A stretch of 64,000 nucleotides of DNA from Rickettsiales bacterium (GCA_049418765.1 JBMSJJ010000007.1:9602-73601); one strand, 5' to 3'; counted from the first letter of the stretch, positions 20,426-30,792 are shown. Numbers and translations: made by a program. The notes: generated by a model not told the origin, from the letters alone.

Positions 20426-21208
20426 TTAATTCCCAAAAAACCAGCCAGTAATTATGTAGTTGGTTAGCAAAATAAGAATTGATGAGGTCACCACCGCATT
20501 AGTTGTGGCGATACCGACTCCTTCGGCACCGCGGTTTGAATTATAGCCAAAATAGCATCCAACAACACTAATTATAAAGCCGAAAAATCCAGCCTTAACC
20601 AAGCCAGAAATTACATCGATTGATTCTAAATATTTGAAAGTATTGGCGATATAAGGACCACTGGAAAAACCTAGTGAATGCACGCTTACTAAATATCCGC
20701 CCATAACTCCAATGATGTCGGCAATTAATACTAAAAAAGGCATCATGATAATTCCAGCCAGAATTCTTGGAGTAAATAGATATTTAAAAGGATTGGTTGA
20801 AAGTGTGCGAAGGGCATCAATTTGCTCGGTTACTTTCATGGTTCCAATTTCGGCAGCCATTGAGGCTCCAACTCTTCCTGCAACCATTAAGCCTGCTAAT
20901 ACTGGCCCAAGCTCACGGGTAATGGATAAAACTACAACTGTGGCAATGGTGCTTTCGGCATTGAAACGCGAAAAACCCGAATAGCTTTGTAGTGCTAAAA
21001 CTGCTCCAGAAAAAATCGCAGTTAAACCAACGACAGGCAAAGAATAATAGCCAATTTGCATAATTTGGCGAAAAAATAATCGTGGATAAAATGGCGGTGT
21101 AAGGCAGTGAAATACAGAGTTGCCAGCAAAATTAAAAGCATCACCAATTTTAGAAATATTGGCAATAAAATAATGACCGATTTTTTCAATAATTTTTACA
21201 ATTATCAT
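20426..21208 (-). CDS. mlaE: MlaE-type lipid ABC transporter permease
   Basis: ITRELGPVLAGLMVAGRVGASMAAEIGTMKVTEQIDALRTL is the hallmark MlaE segment. Confidence 0.9.
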   Translation of the reverse strand: MIIVKIIEKIGHYFIANISKIGDAFNFAGNSVFHCLTPPFYPRLFFRQIMQIGYYSLPVVGLTAIFSGAVLALQSYSGFSRFNAESTIATVVVLSITRELGPVLAGLMVAGRVGASMAAEIGTMKVTEQIDALRTLSTNPFKYLFTPRILAGIIMMPFLVLIADIIGVMGGYLVSVHSLGFSSGPYIANTFKYLESIDVISGLVKAGFFGFIISVVGCYFGYNSNRGAEGVGIATTNAVVTSSILILLTNYIITGWFFGN

Positions 21209-21265
21209 AAATTTAATGTTGATATAATTTAAAAAATTTATAAAATATTTTATAAATTATACATT

Positions 21266-21655
21266 ATGAAAATTAAACCATTTATTTCAATAACAAAAAA
21301 CAGTTTTAATTTTATTGGCTTGTCAAAAAATTTTGTTAAAAACTTAGCAATTTTTTTGATAATATGCCAATTTACTTTGCTGTTTGTAAATTTTTCGCAC
21401 CAATTCACCAATCATTCTCATCAAAATCAATATCAAATAAAATCTGATTTTGATTCAAAAAAAAATCACAAAGAACAGCATCATTGCTTTCTTTGTTTTT
21501 TAAATCAATTTTCCGATTTTTTAATTTTAAATAATGTTTTACTTTTAAATCTAACATTGATTTTAATAAAATTCTTGATTAGAAATTTATTAATATTAAA
21601 CCTGCCAAAAGCCAGATTCTCCAAAGCTCCAAGAGCCCCACCAATTTTTGTTTAA
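21266..21655 (+). CDS. Hypothetical membrane protein, possibly DUF2946-like
   Basis: His-rich stretch (HQFTNHSHQNQ...KNHKEQHH), then CFLC, a hydrophobic segment and a C-terminal RAPP. This layout, and the position upstream of a TonB-dependent receptor, match my recollection of DUF2946 proteins. The composition is very low-complexity. Confidence 0.35.
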   Translation: MKIKPFISITKNSFNFIGLSKNFVKNLAIFLIICQFTLLFVNFSHQFTNHSHQNQYQIKSDFDSKKNHKEQHHCFLCFLNQFSDFLILNNVLLLNLTLILIKFLIRNLLILNLPKARFSKAPRAPPIFV

Positions 21656-21730
21656 TCATTAAAACTAAATTATTTTAGTTATTAAATTTTTAAAATAATT
21701 CTTAATTTTCAATTAAACAAAAATATAAAT

Positions 21731-23803
21731 ATGAAAAAATTTTTAGCGGTTTTCGCCAGCATTTATTTAATTAGCGATTTTGCCAATAGTTCTGAACTTA
21801 ACTATCAGGTTCAAGCCAAAAAACTAGATAATTCTAGAAATAATTTGTCACCAAAAACTTATAGCTCATCATTCAATTATCAGCGTGAAAACATCGATAA
21901 TTTACCGCAAGGACAAGCTAGCTCACTCAATCAAATTTTGCTTCGTGCACCCGGTGTTTCGCATGATTCATACGGACAAATTCATATTCGTAACGATCAC
22001 AGCAATATTCAATATCGTATTAATGATGTGATTATTCCTGAAGGAATAAACGGCTTTGGCAATGTATTGGATGCCAGATTTATTGACTCTGCCGATTTAC
22101 TCACTGGGGCATTACCAGCGCAATATGGTTATCGAACTGCTGGGGTGGTGGAAATAAAAACCAAAGATGCGGTTTCAAAAGATAATTTGAAAAACGGCTT
22201 CTACTCGGAAGTAATTTATGGACAAAATCGAACTGCAGGTTTTAACCAGCAGGCTAGTGGCTCGAAAAATGGTTTAAATTATTTTTTAAGCGGTTCGTAT
22301 CTTCAAAACTCCAGAGGCTTAGAAAGCCCAACTGGAGCAAGAAAATCGATACATAACCAAACTAAGCAAGATAAATTATTTGGTTATTTTTCTTATTTAC
22401 TTAATCCAAATAACCGAGTTTCATTGATTGTTGCTAATGCTACCAATCGTTTTGAAATACCAAATATTGCAAATCAAAAAACTGAATTTGAATTACAAAA
22501 TGTTAACAATTTAAATTCGGCTAATATTGATCAAAATCAAGTTGAGGGTAATCGTTTTGCGATTTTATCGCTACAAGGTGTTAATAAAAATGAAATTGAT
22601 TACCAAATTTCATCTTTTGTTCGTCATAATGATTTAAAATTTAGTGGCGATAATGCGCATGATTTAATTTTTGCTGGAGCCAGTTCTCATAACAATAAAT
22701 CAAGCTTAAATTATGGGTTTCAAGGTGATTTTAGTAAAAAAATCAATGACAAAAATATTTTAAGAGCAGGTTTTTATGCAACAAATAATGTTGTTGCCGA
22801 GCAAAATCGCACCCTTACTTTTTTGGGTGATGAAAATGGGCAATCATCAACTTTGCCAAATTCTTATTTTGACAATTCTAAAAAATCTACTCAACTTTAC
22901 AGCTTATATTTACAAAATGAATTTAAGCCAATAAAAGATTTAACTTTAAATGGTGGTCTTCGCTTCGATGGTGTTAACAGTGCAATCAATGCCAATCATT
23001 TGAGTCCGCGCTTTAACTCGGTTTATAAATTTAACGAGAAGGTTAAGATACATGCTGGCTATTCCAGATTTTTTACTGCACCAAGAGCGGAAATTATGTC
23101 GAATTTGAATATTCGTAAATTTGAAGGAACAGTTAATGCTCCTGAAAATTTTAATAATAACCAAGTTCGCCCTGAAAAAACTGACTACTATAATGCTGGT
23201 ATCGGTTTTCAGCCAACCAAAGAATTGCACTTCGCAGTTGATGGTTATTATAAAAGAATTGACGAAATGTTAGATGAAGGTCAGTTCGGCAAAGCCTTAA
23301 TTTTTAAGCCTTTTAATTTTGAAAAAGCTAAGGTTCATGGTATTGAACTTTCTGCTGATTATAAAATTAAAAACTTAACTTCATTTGCAAATGTTGCTTT
23401 TCAAAAGGCCCAAGCCTTACATATTAATAGCGGTCAATATTTGCATGAAAATACCGAAATTAATTACTCAAAAGGCAATTACTTAAATCCAGATCATGCT
23501 CAAAATGTTACTGCTTCAGCGGGTCTTGCTTATAAAATTGCCAAAACTAAAACTAATTTAGGATTTGATGTTTTATATGGCAGTGGCTTAAGAAGAGGGG
23601 AGGCGAACACTAAAAAAATGCCTTCATATTCGCAGTTAAATATTTTTGCCGTGCAAAATATTAAAGATTTTAATTTTAGATTAAGTATCAATAATGTTTT
23701 GGATAAAAAATATGCACTTAGAGATGGCTCTGGAATTGGCGTCAAATCAGCACAATTTGCTCCACGCCGTTCGGCATATTTAATTTTATCAAGGGAGTTT
23801 TAA
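21731..23803 (+). CDS. TonB-dependent outer-membrane receptor
   Basis: Signal peptide, plug-domain region (LNQILLRAPGVS...IHIRNDHSNIQYRINDVIIPEG), long beta-barrel and a terminal aromatic residue (...LILSREF). Confidence 0.9.
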   Translation: MKKFLAVFASIYLISDFANSSELNYQVQAKKLDNSRNNLSPKTYSSSFNYQRENIDNLPQGQASSLNQILLRAPGVSHDSYGQIHIRNDHSNIQYRINDVIIPEGINGFGNVLDARFIDSADLLTGALPAQYGYRTAGVVEIKTKDAVSKDNLKNGFYSEVIYGQNRTAGFNQQASGSKNGLNYFLSGSYLQNSRGLESPTGARKSIHNQTKQDKLFGYFSYLLNPNNRVSLIVANATNRFEIPNIANQKTEFELQNVNNLNSANIDQNQVEGNRFAILSLQGVNKNEIDYQISSFVRHNDLKFSGDNAHDLIFAGASSHNNKSSLNYGFQGDFSKKINDKNILRAGFYATNNVVAEQNRTLTFLGDENGQSSTLPNSYFDNSKKSTQLYSLYLQNEFKPIKDLTLNGGLRFDGVNSAINANHLSPRFNSVYKFNEKVKIHAGYSRFFTAPRAEIMSNLNIRKFEGTVNAPENFNNNQVRPEKTDYYNAGIGFQPTKELHFAVDGYYKRIDEMLDEGQFGKALIFKPFNFEKAKVHGIELSADYKIKNLTSFANVAFQKAQALHINSGQYLHENTEINYSKGNYLNPDHAQNVTASAGLAYKIAKTKTNLGFDVLYGSGLRRGEANTKKMPSYSQLNIFAVQNIKDFNFRLSINNVLDKKYALRDGSGIGVKSAQFAPRRSAYLILSREF

Positions 23804-24426
23804 TGAATTTTTCAATCTTTATAAAAGGCGGCATCGTCATGGTGCCACTTTCAATAATGGCAATTATTGCTCTTGCGATTATTATCGATAAAATATTTTT
23901 TCTAAAGAAAAATTGTCAATTATCGACTAAAATTTTAGCAAATATTGAAAATCCAAATATTGATTTTGATAAACTTCTTGAGGATAGCAAAAATTTAAGC
24001 ATAAATAATTGCTATCATAATTTTTTTAAAATTTTAGCAAATTTTCAGAAATATTCAGTTGAATATATTGAATCGATGATGGTTTTTGAAGCAAAAAAAT
24101 TTGAAAAAATTTTCAATAAAAATTTATGGATATTGGAAACAATAATTACCTCAGCGCCCTTGCTTGGCTTGCTTGGAACTATTTTTGGAATGTCATCATC
24201 CTTTAAAATAATTGGCGAAAATAATCTAGGAAATGCCAGTGGCATTACTGCTGGGGTTGCAGAAAGTTTAATCGCCACGGCTTTTGGATTAATTATTGCT
24301 TTAATCGCACTTTTTGCCTTTAATTATTTTTCTAAAATCCAAAATCAAATATTAGATGATATGGAAATCTATGGCACAAAAATCCTTGAAACTTTGAAAA
24401 ATTCCAATGAAAATTCCAAGAAATAG
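23803..24426 (+). CDS. exbB: ExbB/TolQ/MotA-family proton channel
   Basis: SAPLLGLLGTIFGM and AESLIATAFGLIIALIALFAFNYF. Translationally coupled to its neighbours. Confidence 0.85.
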   Translation: MNFSIFIKGGIVMVPLSIMAIIALAIIIDKIFFLKKNCQLSTKILANIENPNIDFDKLLEDSKNLSINNCYHNFFKILANFQKYSVEYIESMMVFEAKKFEKIFNKNLWILETIITSAPLLGLLGTIFGMSSSFKIIGENNLGNASGITAGVAESLIATAFGLIIALIALFAFNYFSKIQNQILDDMEIYGTKILETLKNSNENSKK

Positions 24427-24808
24427 AGTCATAAAAAAAGGCAAAATTGAGATAATTCCAATGATCGATGTCATGTTTTTTTTGGTTGCCACCATGATTA
24501 TGGCATCACTTGCAATGCAAAAATATTATGGCATACCAGTTAATTTAACTAGTGGTCAAACTCAGTCAATATCAATTGATAATGAAGAAAATATTACAAT
24601 TTCTATAACTCATGACAATGAGATTTATATAAATAAAAAAATGGTTAAGATGATTGAAATTGAAGATTATCTTAAACAAATTTCTCAAAATAAGGATCAT
24701 GTTATCATTGCAAGTGACGCCGAGGCAAGACATAAAATAGTCACTAAAGTAATGGTTTATGCAAAAAGAGCGGGTGTTAAAAAATTTTCCATTATAACCA
24801 AAGATTAG
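24407..24808 (+). CDS. exbD: ExbD/TolR-family protein
   Basis: EIIPMIDVMFFLVATMI N-terminal anchor, 133 aa, and DAEARHKIVTKVMVYAKRAGV. Confidence 0.85.
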   Translation: MKIPRNRVIKKGKIEIIPMIDVMFFLVATMIMASLAMQKYYGIPVNLTSGQTQSISIDNEENITISITHDNEIYINKKMVKMIEIEDYLKQISQNKDHVIIASDAEARHKIVTKVMVYAKRAGVKKFSIITKD

Positions 24809-24809
24809 A

Positions 24810-25361
24810 ATGCATTACCCATTTTCCAGTTTTTCAATTTCTATATTAATTTTTATAGCTGGAATATTTTTTGTTGGGGTTTTTACCCATCAATATCAAT
24901 TTCCACCAGAAGTTTCAATTGAAATTGATGCTGAAATGATTGGCGAAAGCAATATTTATGAAGAAAACTCAACCTTTGAAAAGGGGGAGCAAAAGCTTAA
25001 TGTTGAAGACAGCTTTAATAAAAAAGCTTCGCATCAACATCTTAAAAATTCTAAGGATAAGCCAATAAAAGATAAAAATCCAAATTCATTGATAAATTTA
25101 AATTCTCAAAAAATTTCACCCCTTTATCAACCATTGCCAGAGATTCCCGAAGATTTGCGATATCAAATTTTTTCAAGCAATATCACCGCAAAATTTTTCA
25201 TAGATGAAGAAGGCTCGGTCTATGAAGTTGAGTTGATTAATCCGTCAAATATTCCAAAACTTAATGTCTTGCTAACCAAGGCTTTAATGCGTTGGAAGTT
25301 CCCAAAAAAGAGTGAAAAATTTCAACAAATAATCAATGTGGAATTTGTTGTGGAAAATTAA
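24810..25361 (+). CDS. tonB: TonB-like energy transducer (C-terminal domain only weakly recognisable)
   Basis: N-terminal anchor. C-terminal AKFFIDEEGSVYEVELINPSNIPKLNVLLTKALMRWKF resembles TonB_C. Its position follows exbBD. It has no Pro-rich spacer. Confidence 0.6.
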   Translation: MHYPFSSFSISILIFIAGIFFVGVFTHQYQFPPEVSIEIDAEMIGESNIYEENSTFEKGEQKLNVEDSFNKKASHQHLKNSKDKPIKDKNPNSLINLNSQKISPLYQPLPEIPEDLRYQIFSSNITAKFFIDEEGSVYEVELINPSNIPKLNVLLTKALMRWKFPKKSEKFQQIINVEFVVEN

Positions 25362-25501
25362 TAATTGACAAATATTATATTTTATGATTTAATTGCAAAT
25401 AAATTAGTTGAAATTATTTTGATAAAATTATTAATCTTAATCTGGGTTTACATATTATCCTTTAAATTGCCTAAACTCTTATATTAATTGACTCAACAAC
25501 A

Positions 25502-26728
25502 ATGAAAAAAACAATTTTCTTGAAAAAAGTTAAAATCATTACCGAGCCAATTATCAATGTTGTCTTAAAGTTTTTTTTAAGAATATTTAAATATATTTTT
25601 ACTAAAAGAACTATTCTTTTTGTCACTAATCAGCGCATTCGCAGTGTCACATTTGGTCCATTCTCGCAGGCATTCTTCTATATTTTTGTGGCTTGGGTTG
25701 TAAATTTATTTTTCCAATCATTAAATTACGATAAAATTATCAATACCAAAACCGAAGAAATCAATAAATTGAAGTCAGCAAATGCTTTTTTTGCCGATGA
25801 ATTCCAAATCGTCAGCGAAAAGCTCGATAAGGTTAATCAATATATCGCGCTAATAACTGGGTCAAAGCAAAAAGTAAATTATAAAGAAACGAATTATAAG
25901 CTTCCGAAAGATTTAGATGAAAATAAGTTAGAAAAAAAAGACAAACAAACCTTTAACAAAATCAAAGAAACTCGCAATCAATTCAATAATTTTGCCGATG
26001 CCACATCTTCGCACATCAAAAAAATTGAAAAAGCCATTACTTATACTGGTTTAAATATTAATAGATCTTCTTATATTCCAAAAAAACCAACCAAAAAAAC
26101 TAATTTTAGCTCATATTTATCGAAAATGCCATTTGCAATTGGTGGTCCAGAAAATGATTTTGACGCAGAGCTAGAAAGAGTTTTGGCTGAAAAAAAATTA
26201 TCCGATCCAGAATATATTGAAAGAGAGTTAGAAAAAAATAAATTCACCAATCAGGTTGAATATTTGATGATTCTTGAAAAATTAACCAAAACCTTGCCTT
26301 TATCAAAGCCAATGAAAAGATATTACATATCTAGTGGCTTCGGTCATCGCGTTGATCCTATGACTCACCGATTAACTCCGCATCGTGGACTTGATTTTGT
26401 TGGTGCATATCAAGAAAAAGTTATAAGCCCATCGCCAGGTAAAATAATTCTTGCCAGAAGATTTAGTGATTATGGCAATGCTATTGTTATTGATCATGGC
26501 AATGGCGTTACTACCAGATACGGGCATTTATCTAAAATTAAGGTTCAAGAGGGTCAAAGAGTTGGTTTGGGCGAAGTTATTGGCTTACAAGGAAGCACTG
26601 GAAGAAGTACGGGAAGCCATTTGCATTATGAAGTTAGATATAAAAATGTTCCACTTAATCCAAGAAAATTTTTGGAAGCGGGTGAGATCTTAAACAACAA
26701 TAATATCCCTAAATATGTCGATCTCTAA
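25502..26728 (+). CDS. M23 (LytM-type) metallopeptidase with N-terminal anchor and coiled-coil
   Basis: HRGLDF (HxxxD), GNAIVIDHGNGVTTRYGHL and GSHLHYEVR (HxH). Confidence 0.9.
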   Translation: MKKTIFLKKVKIITEPIINVVLKFFLRIFKYIFTKRTILFVTNQRIRSVTFGPFSQAFFYIFVAWVVNLFFQSLNYDKIINTKTEEINKLKSANAFFADEFQIVSEKLDKVNQYIALITGSKQKVNYKETNYKLPKDLDENKLEKKDKQTFNKIKETRNQFNNFADATSSHIKKIEKAITYTGLNINRSSYIPKKPTKKTNFSSYLSKMPFAIGGPENDFDAELERVLAEKKLSDPEYIERELEKNKFTNQVEYLMILEKLTKTLPLSKPMKRYYISSGFGHRVDPMTHRLTPHRGLDFVGAYQEKVISPSPGKIILARRFSDYGNAIVIDHGNGVTTRYGHLSKIKVQEGQRVGLGEVIGLQGSTGRSTGSHLHYEVRYKNVPLNPRKFLEAGEILNNNNIPKYVDL

Positions 26729-27131
26729 TTTAAAAAACAAGGTTGTTAGTCATAATTTTAAAATCAATGAAGCCATGAACGAAGATAATTCAATTAAAAA
26801 ACTTGAAATCCTCACCAATTTTAAATCAACCCCAACCATTATTTCAAAGGATTTGAAAATTCAAGGCGAGCTATTTAGTGGCGGAATCATTGAAATTCAG
26901 GGTGCAATTAATGGAACTATAAATGGCAATTCTGTTATACTTAGAGAAGATGGCGTTATCACCGGGACAGTTTTTGCAGAAAATCTTAATATTCGTGGTA
27001 GATTTGAGGGAAATATTAAAGCAAAATATATCAGCATATCAAGCAAAGCAAGAGTTCGTGGTGAAGTTGAATATGAAACTCTTAGCGTTGAAGACGGTGC
27101 CAATATTGATGGATATTTCAAAAAAATATAA
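26715..27131 (+). CDS. Bactofilin
   Basis: Beta-helical repeat pattern: IQGELFSGGIIEIQGAINGTINGNSVILREDGVITGTVFAENLNIRGRFEGNIKAKYISISSKARVRGEVEYETLSVEDGANIDG. Confidence 0.85.
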   Translation: MSISNLKNKVVSHNFKINEAMNEDNSIKKLEILTNFKSTPTIISKDLKIQGELFSGGIIEIQGAINGTINGNSVILREDGVITGTVFAENLNIRGRFEGNIKAKYISISSKARVRGEVEYETLSVEDGANIDGYFKKI

Positions 27132-27278
27132 TTACCGATTTCTTAATCAATCTTAAGTAATAAATCTTCTTTTTCGAACCTTAAATAAAGTTTTTAAAGC
27201 AATCAAACTAAAGTAAATTGCTTAAAAAAACCGTTTGTTATTTAGTGAAGATAAAGATAAATATAATTGAATTGGTGA

Positions 27279-29273
27279 TTAATTTATAAACTCAATTATA
27301 ACTTGTCCAATTCCGACTGCTTCGCCCTCGTTAAACTTAATTTTGCCAATAATTATATCATGATCAGTGCGAATAATATTTTCCATTTTCATGGCTTCAA
27401 TTACAACTAGTTCTTGACCGGCTTTTACTTCATCTCCTTCTTTAACTTTGAAGCGAATAATTTTTCCGGTAATTGGCGAAGATAAATTTTTTGGCTTCGG
27501 ATTCTTTTGAATCTTTGGCATAAATTTAGTAAGCTCGGCAATTCTTGGTGAATAAACATTAACAAAAGCATCTAGCCCAGAATATTGCAATAGATAGCTT
27601 CCTGTATTATTATTTTCACGAATTTTGACGCCAACATTTCGTTGATTCACCACTCCTCTAAATAATTTTTCACCATTATTCCAGCTGTGATTTAACTCAA
27701 TTTCTTTGTTATCACATTCAATTTTTAAAAAAGATTCTTTGCGTTCCAAAATATTGACTAAATAGGATTTCTCATCAATTACCACAATCCATTTTTCAGA
27801 AATTTGTTTTTGACGATTGCGCACCTGACCAGTCATTAAGGCGTTTCTCTCGTAGTTTTTCAAGAATATTTGCATTGCGGTAGCAAGTAAAACTTCTTCG
27901 GCTTCTGAGTCAAGATGGCTTCCTAAAAAACCCTTAGGGAATTCTTCTTTGATAAATCCAGTCGATAAATTTCCAGAAATAAATCTTTCATTTTTCATAA
28001 TGGTTTCAAGGAAACTAATATTGTGCGAAACTCCGCCAATAGCATAGCTTCCGAGTGCATTACGCATATGTTCAATGGCTTCAAGACGGTTTTTGCCATA
28101 TGAGCATAATTTGGCAATCATCGCATCGTAAAACATACTAACTTCGCCACCTTCGTAAACTCCGGTGTCAATACGAATATTGTCGTTAAGTTCGGGTTCG
28201 ATATATAAATTGATACGACCAGAAGATGGTAAAAATCCGCGAGATGGGTCTTCGGCATAGACTCTTGATTCCATTGCCCAGCCTTTTAATTTAATATCCT
28301 CTTGTTTAAATGGGAGTTTTTCACCAAGGGCAATTTTTATCATTAAGGACACGATATCTAAACCAGTAATTAACTCGGTAACAGGGTGTTCGACCTGAAG
28401 CCTAGTGTTCATTTCAAGGAAGTAAAAATTTTTGTTTTTATCCATTATATATTCGATAGTTCCAGCTGAAAAATATTTTACTTTACTTGCTAGAGCTTTT
28501 GATTGTTCATACATTTTTTGACGAGTATTTTCATCGATAAATGGGCTTGGTGCTTCTTCAATTACCTTTTGATTATTTCTTTGTATCGAACATTCTCTTT
28601 CACCAAGGCAAACGATATTGCCATGTTTGTCGGCTAAAACTTGAATTTCAATATGACGAGGATTTTCAATGAATTTTTCGATGAAAACTCGATCATCAGA
28701 AAAGCTGTTTCTGGCTTCATTTGAGGCTGATAAATAGGCTTCGGCCATTTCTTCAGCTTTCCAGACGATTCTCATTCCTTTTCCACCGCCACCAGCTGAG
28801 GCTTTAACCATAACAGGAAAACCAATTTTTTTAGCAATTTCCACAGCTTCTACTGAATCTTTGATGATGCCCATATGTCCGGGAACTGTGCTAACATTGG
28901 CTTCAAGTGCAATTTTTTTCGATTCAATTTTGTCACCCATCATTTCGATTGAATAAACTGAAGGACCAACAAAAATAACACCTGCCTTTTCAAGTTCATT
29001 GGCAAAATTACGATTTTCAGATAAAAAACCATATCCTGGATGCACCATGGTTGCTCCAGTTTTTTTAACTGCCGAAAGAATTTTGGCAACATTTAAATAG
29101 CTTTGCGAAGATGGTGAGGCTCCAATATTGACAGCTTCATCAGCCATTTGCACAAAAAGTGAGTTGGCATCGGCATCAGAATATACGGCAACAGTTTTAA
29201 TGCCCATTTTTTTGCAAGTCTTGATAATTCTGCAAGCAATTTCGCCTCTATTGGCAATTAATAGTTTATGCAT
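27279..29273 (-). CDS. pccA: Biotin-dependent acyl-CoA carboxylase alpha subunit (propionyl-CoA carboxylase type)
   Basis: Biotin carboxylase N-terminus (LLIANRGEIACRI), ATP-grasp GGGGKGMR, and a C-terminal biotinyl domain with EAMKMEN. The 664-aa fused architecture is typical of PccA. Confidence 0.85.
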   Translation of the reverse strand: MHKLLIANRGEIACRIIKTCKKMGIKTVAVYSDADANSLFVQMADEAVNIGASPSSQSYLNVAKILSAVKKTGATMVHPGYGFLSENRNFANELEKAGVIFVGPSVYSIEMMGDKIESKKIALEANVSTVPGHMGIIKDSVEAVEIAKKIGFPVMVKASAGGGGKGMRIVWKAEEMAEAYLSASNEARNSFSDDRVFIEKFIENPRHIEIQVLADKHGNIVCLGERECSIQRNNQKVIEEAPSPFIDENTRQKMYEQSKALASKVKYFSAGTIEYIMDKNKNFYFLEMNTRLQVEHPVTELITGLDIVSLMIKIALGEKLPFKQEDIKLKGWAMESRVYAEDPSRGFLPSSGRINLYIEPELNDNIRIDTGVYEGGEVSMFYDAMIAKLCSYGKNRLEAIEHMRNALGSYAIGGVSHNISFLETIMKNERFISGNLSTGFIKEEFPKGFLGSHLDSEAEEVLLATAMQIFLKNYERNALMTGQVRNRQKQISEKWIVVIDEKSYLVNILERKESFLKIECDNKEIELNHSWNNGEKLFRGVVNQRNVGVKIRENNNTGSYLLQYSGLDAFVNVYSPRIAELTKFMPKIQKNPKPKNLSSPITGKIIRFKVKEGDEVKAGQELVVIEAMKMENIIRTDHDIIIGKIKFNEGEAVGIGQVIIEFIN

Positions 29274-29416
29274 TTGATTTAATTAAATTTTGTTTTAAAA
29301 TTCTATTGTCAAAGACCCGTTTTGAAAAAAAATTAATTTAGATTTATTAAATTTAAGGTCTTTAATTTTTAATATTATTAATTTACCTAAACAAACATAA
29401 AAAAACAAGAAATTAA

Positions 29417-30283
29417 ATGACAAAAAAAACTCGTGATTTTCTAAAATTGATTCGTTTAAATCAAGCCATTGCAATTTGGCTTCTTTTACTGCCTTGTTTT
29501 ATGGCGATTATTTTAATATTTAAAGCCGATAAAAATGTCGATATTTTTAACTATTTTAAAATTGCAATTTTATTTACTATTGGGGGTTTTTTGGCTCGAA
29601 GTGCAGGATGTATAATTAACGACATCATTGATTTTAAAATTGATAAAAAAGTTACCAGAACAAAGAATAGACCTATTGCTAGCGGACAAATTTCTATAAA
29701 GAATGCTTTAATTTATTTGGCGATTTTGCTTATATTTTGTCTTATTATTTTGTTGCAATTTAATCTATGGACCATTTTTAGCGGAGTGTTTGTGGTAATT
29801 ATGATTTTTTGCTATCCCTTGATGAAAAGATTCACTTATTTTCCGCAAATTTTTCTTGGAATTACCTTTAATTTTGGTGTGATTATGGCGTCATTAGCAT
29901 TAACTGAAAATGTTGATGCCAAAATTATAATTTTATATTTAGCTACCATTACTTGGACTTTTTTTTACGATACTATATATGCTTTTCAAGATATAGCTGA
30001 TGATTTGAAAATCGGTGTAAAATCTTCGGCGATTAAAATTGCCAAAACCAATCCAAAAAAAATCTTATCAAAAATTTCATTAATAATTAATTTGCTCTTT
30101 ATTATGCTTGGAACAATTGAGGAGTTTAACATAAATTATTATTTGGCGATAATATTATGTCAAATTATTATGCTTTTAAATATACATAAATGCGATTTAA
30201 ATTCTCCAAAGAATTGTTTAAAATTTTTTAAATTTAACTGGGTTTTTGGCTTAATTTATTTATTTGCAATCATAATTGGATAA
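29417..30283 (+). CDS. ubiA: 4-hydroxybenzoate polyprenyltransferase
   Basis: NDIIDFKIDKKVTRTKNRPIASG (NDxxDxxxD), a second Asp-rich motif YAFQDIADD, and a multi-pass membrane protein. Confidence 0.9.
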   Translation: MTKKTRDFLKLIRLNQAIAIWLLLLPCFMAIILIFKADKNVDIFNYFKIAILFTIGGFLARSAGCIINDIIDFKIDKKVTRTKNRPIASGQISIKNALIYLAILLIFCLIILLQFNLWTIFSGVFVVIMIFCYPLMKRFTYFPQIFLGITFNFGVIMASLALTENVDAKIIILYLATITWTFFYDTIYAFQDIADDLKIGVKSSAIKIAKTNPKKILSKISLIINLLFIMLGTIEEFNINYYLAIILCQIIMLLNIHKCDLNSPKNCLKFFKFNWVFGLIYLFAIIIG

Positions 30284-30792
30284 TGAAAATCGGACTTTTT
30301 GGTGGCAGTTTTAATCCACCGCATTTTGGTCATTTACAAATTGCTAAAATCGCTATAAAAAAACTACGATTAAATCAATTATGGTGGCTTACAACTTCTA
30401 ACAATCCTTTAAAAAACCAGCTTAATAACTACAATAATAGATTAATTGAATCAAAAAAATTAATAAAAAACTATCCGCAAATTAAGTTAAAAAATATTAA
30501 TTATCGATATAGTTACAATTTAGTAAAAAAACTAAAAAATGCCCATCCAAATTATCAATTTATTTGGATTATGGGAGCCGATAATTTAGAAAATTTTCAT
30601 CGCTGGTATAAATTTAAAGAATTAGCTGAAATGCTTGAGTTCGCGGTTTTTGCTCGGGGAGAGCATTTTTTAAAATCACCAAATTATAAAATTTGTAAAA
30701 TAATGAAAAATAATCCTAAAATTAAATTTAATTTTTATCATATTAAAAAAATTAATATTTCTTCAACTGAAATTCGTAGTAAGAATGTATAA
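30283..30792 (+). CDS. nadD: Nicotinate-nucleotide adenylyltransferase
   Basis: GGSFNPPHFGH, IMGADNL and ISSTEIR. Confidence 0.85.
   Translation: MKIGLFGGSFNPPHFGHLQIAKIAIKKLRLNQLWWLTTSNNPLKNQLNNYNNRLIESKKLIKNYPQIKLKNINYRYSYNLVKKLKNAHPNYQFIWIMGADNLENFHRWYKFKELAEMLEFAVFARGEHFLKSPNYKICKIMKNNPKIKFNFYHIKKINISSTEIRSKNV

Noticed and set aside
21656-21730. A possible Fur-box-like AT-rich hexamer array (AATAATTCTTAATTTTCAAT) upstream of the TonB-dependent receptor.
   Set aside because: In DNA this AT-rich, partial matches to the Fur consensus occur everywhere. There is no clear 19-bp palindrome.
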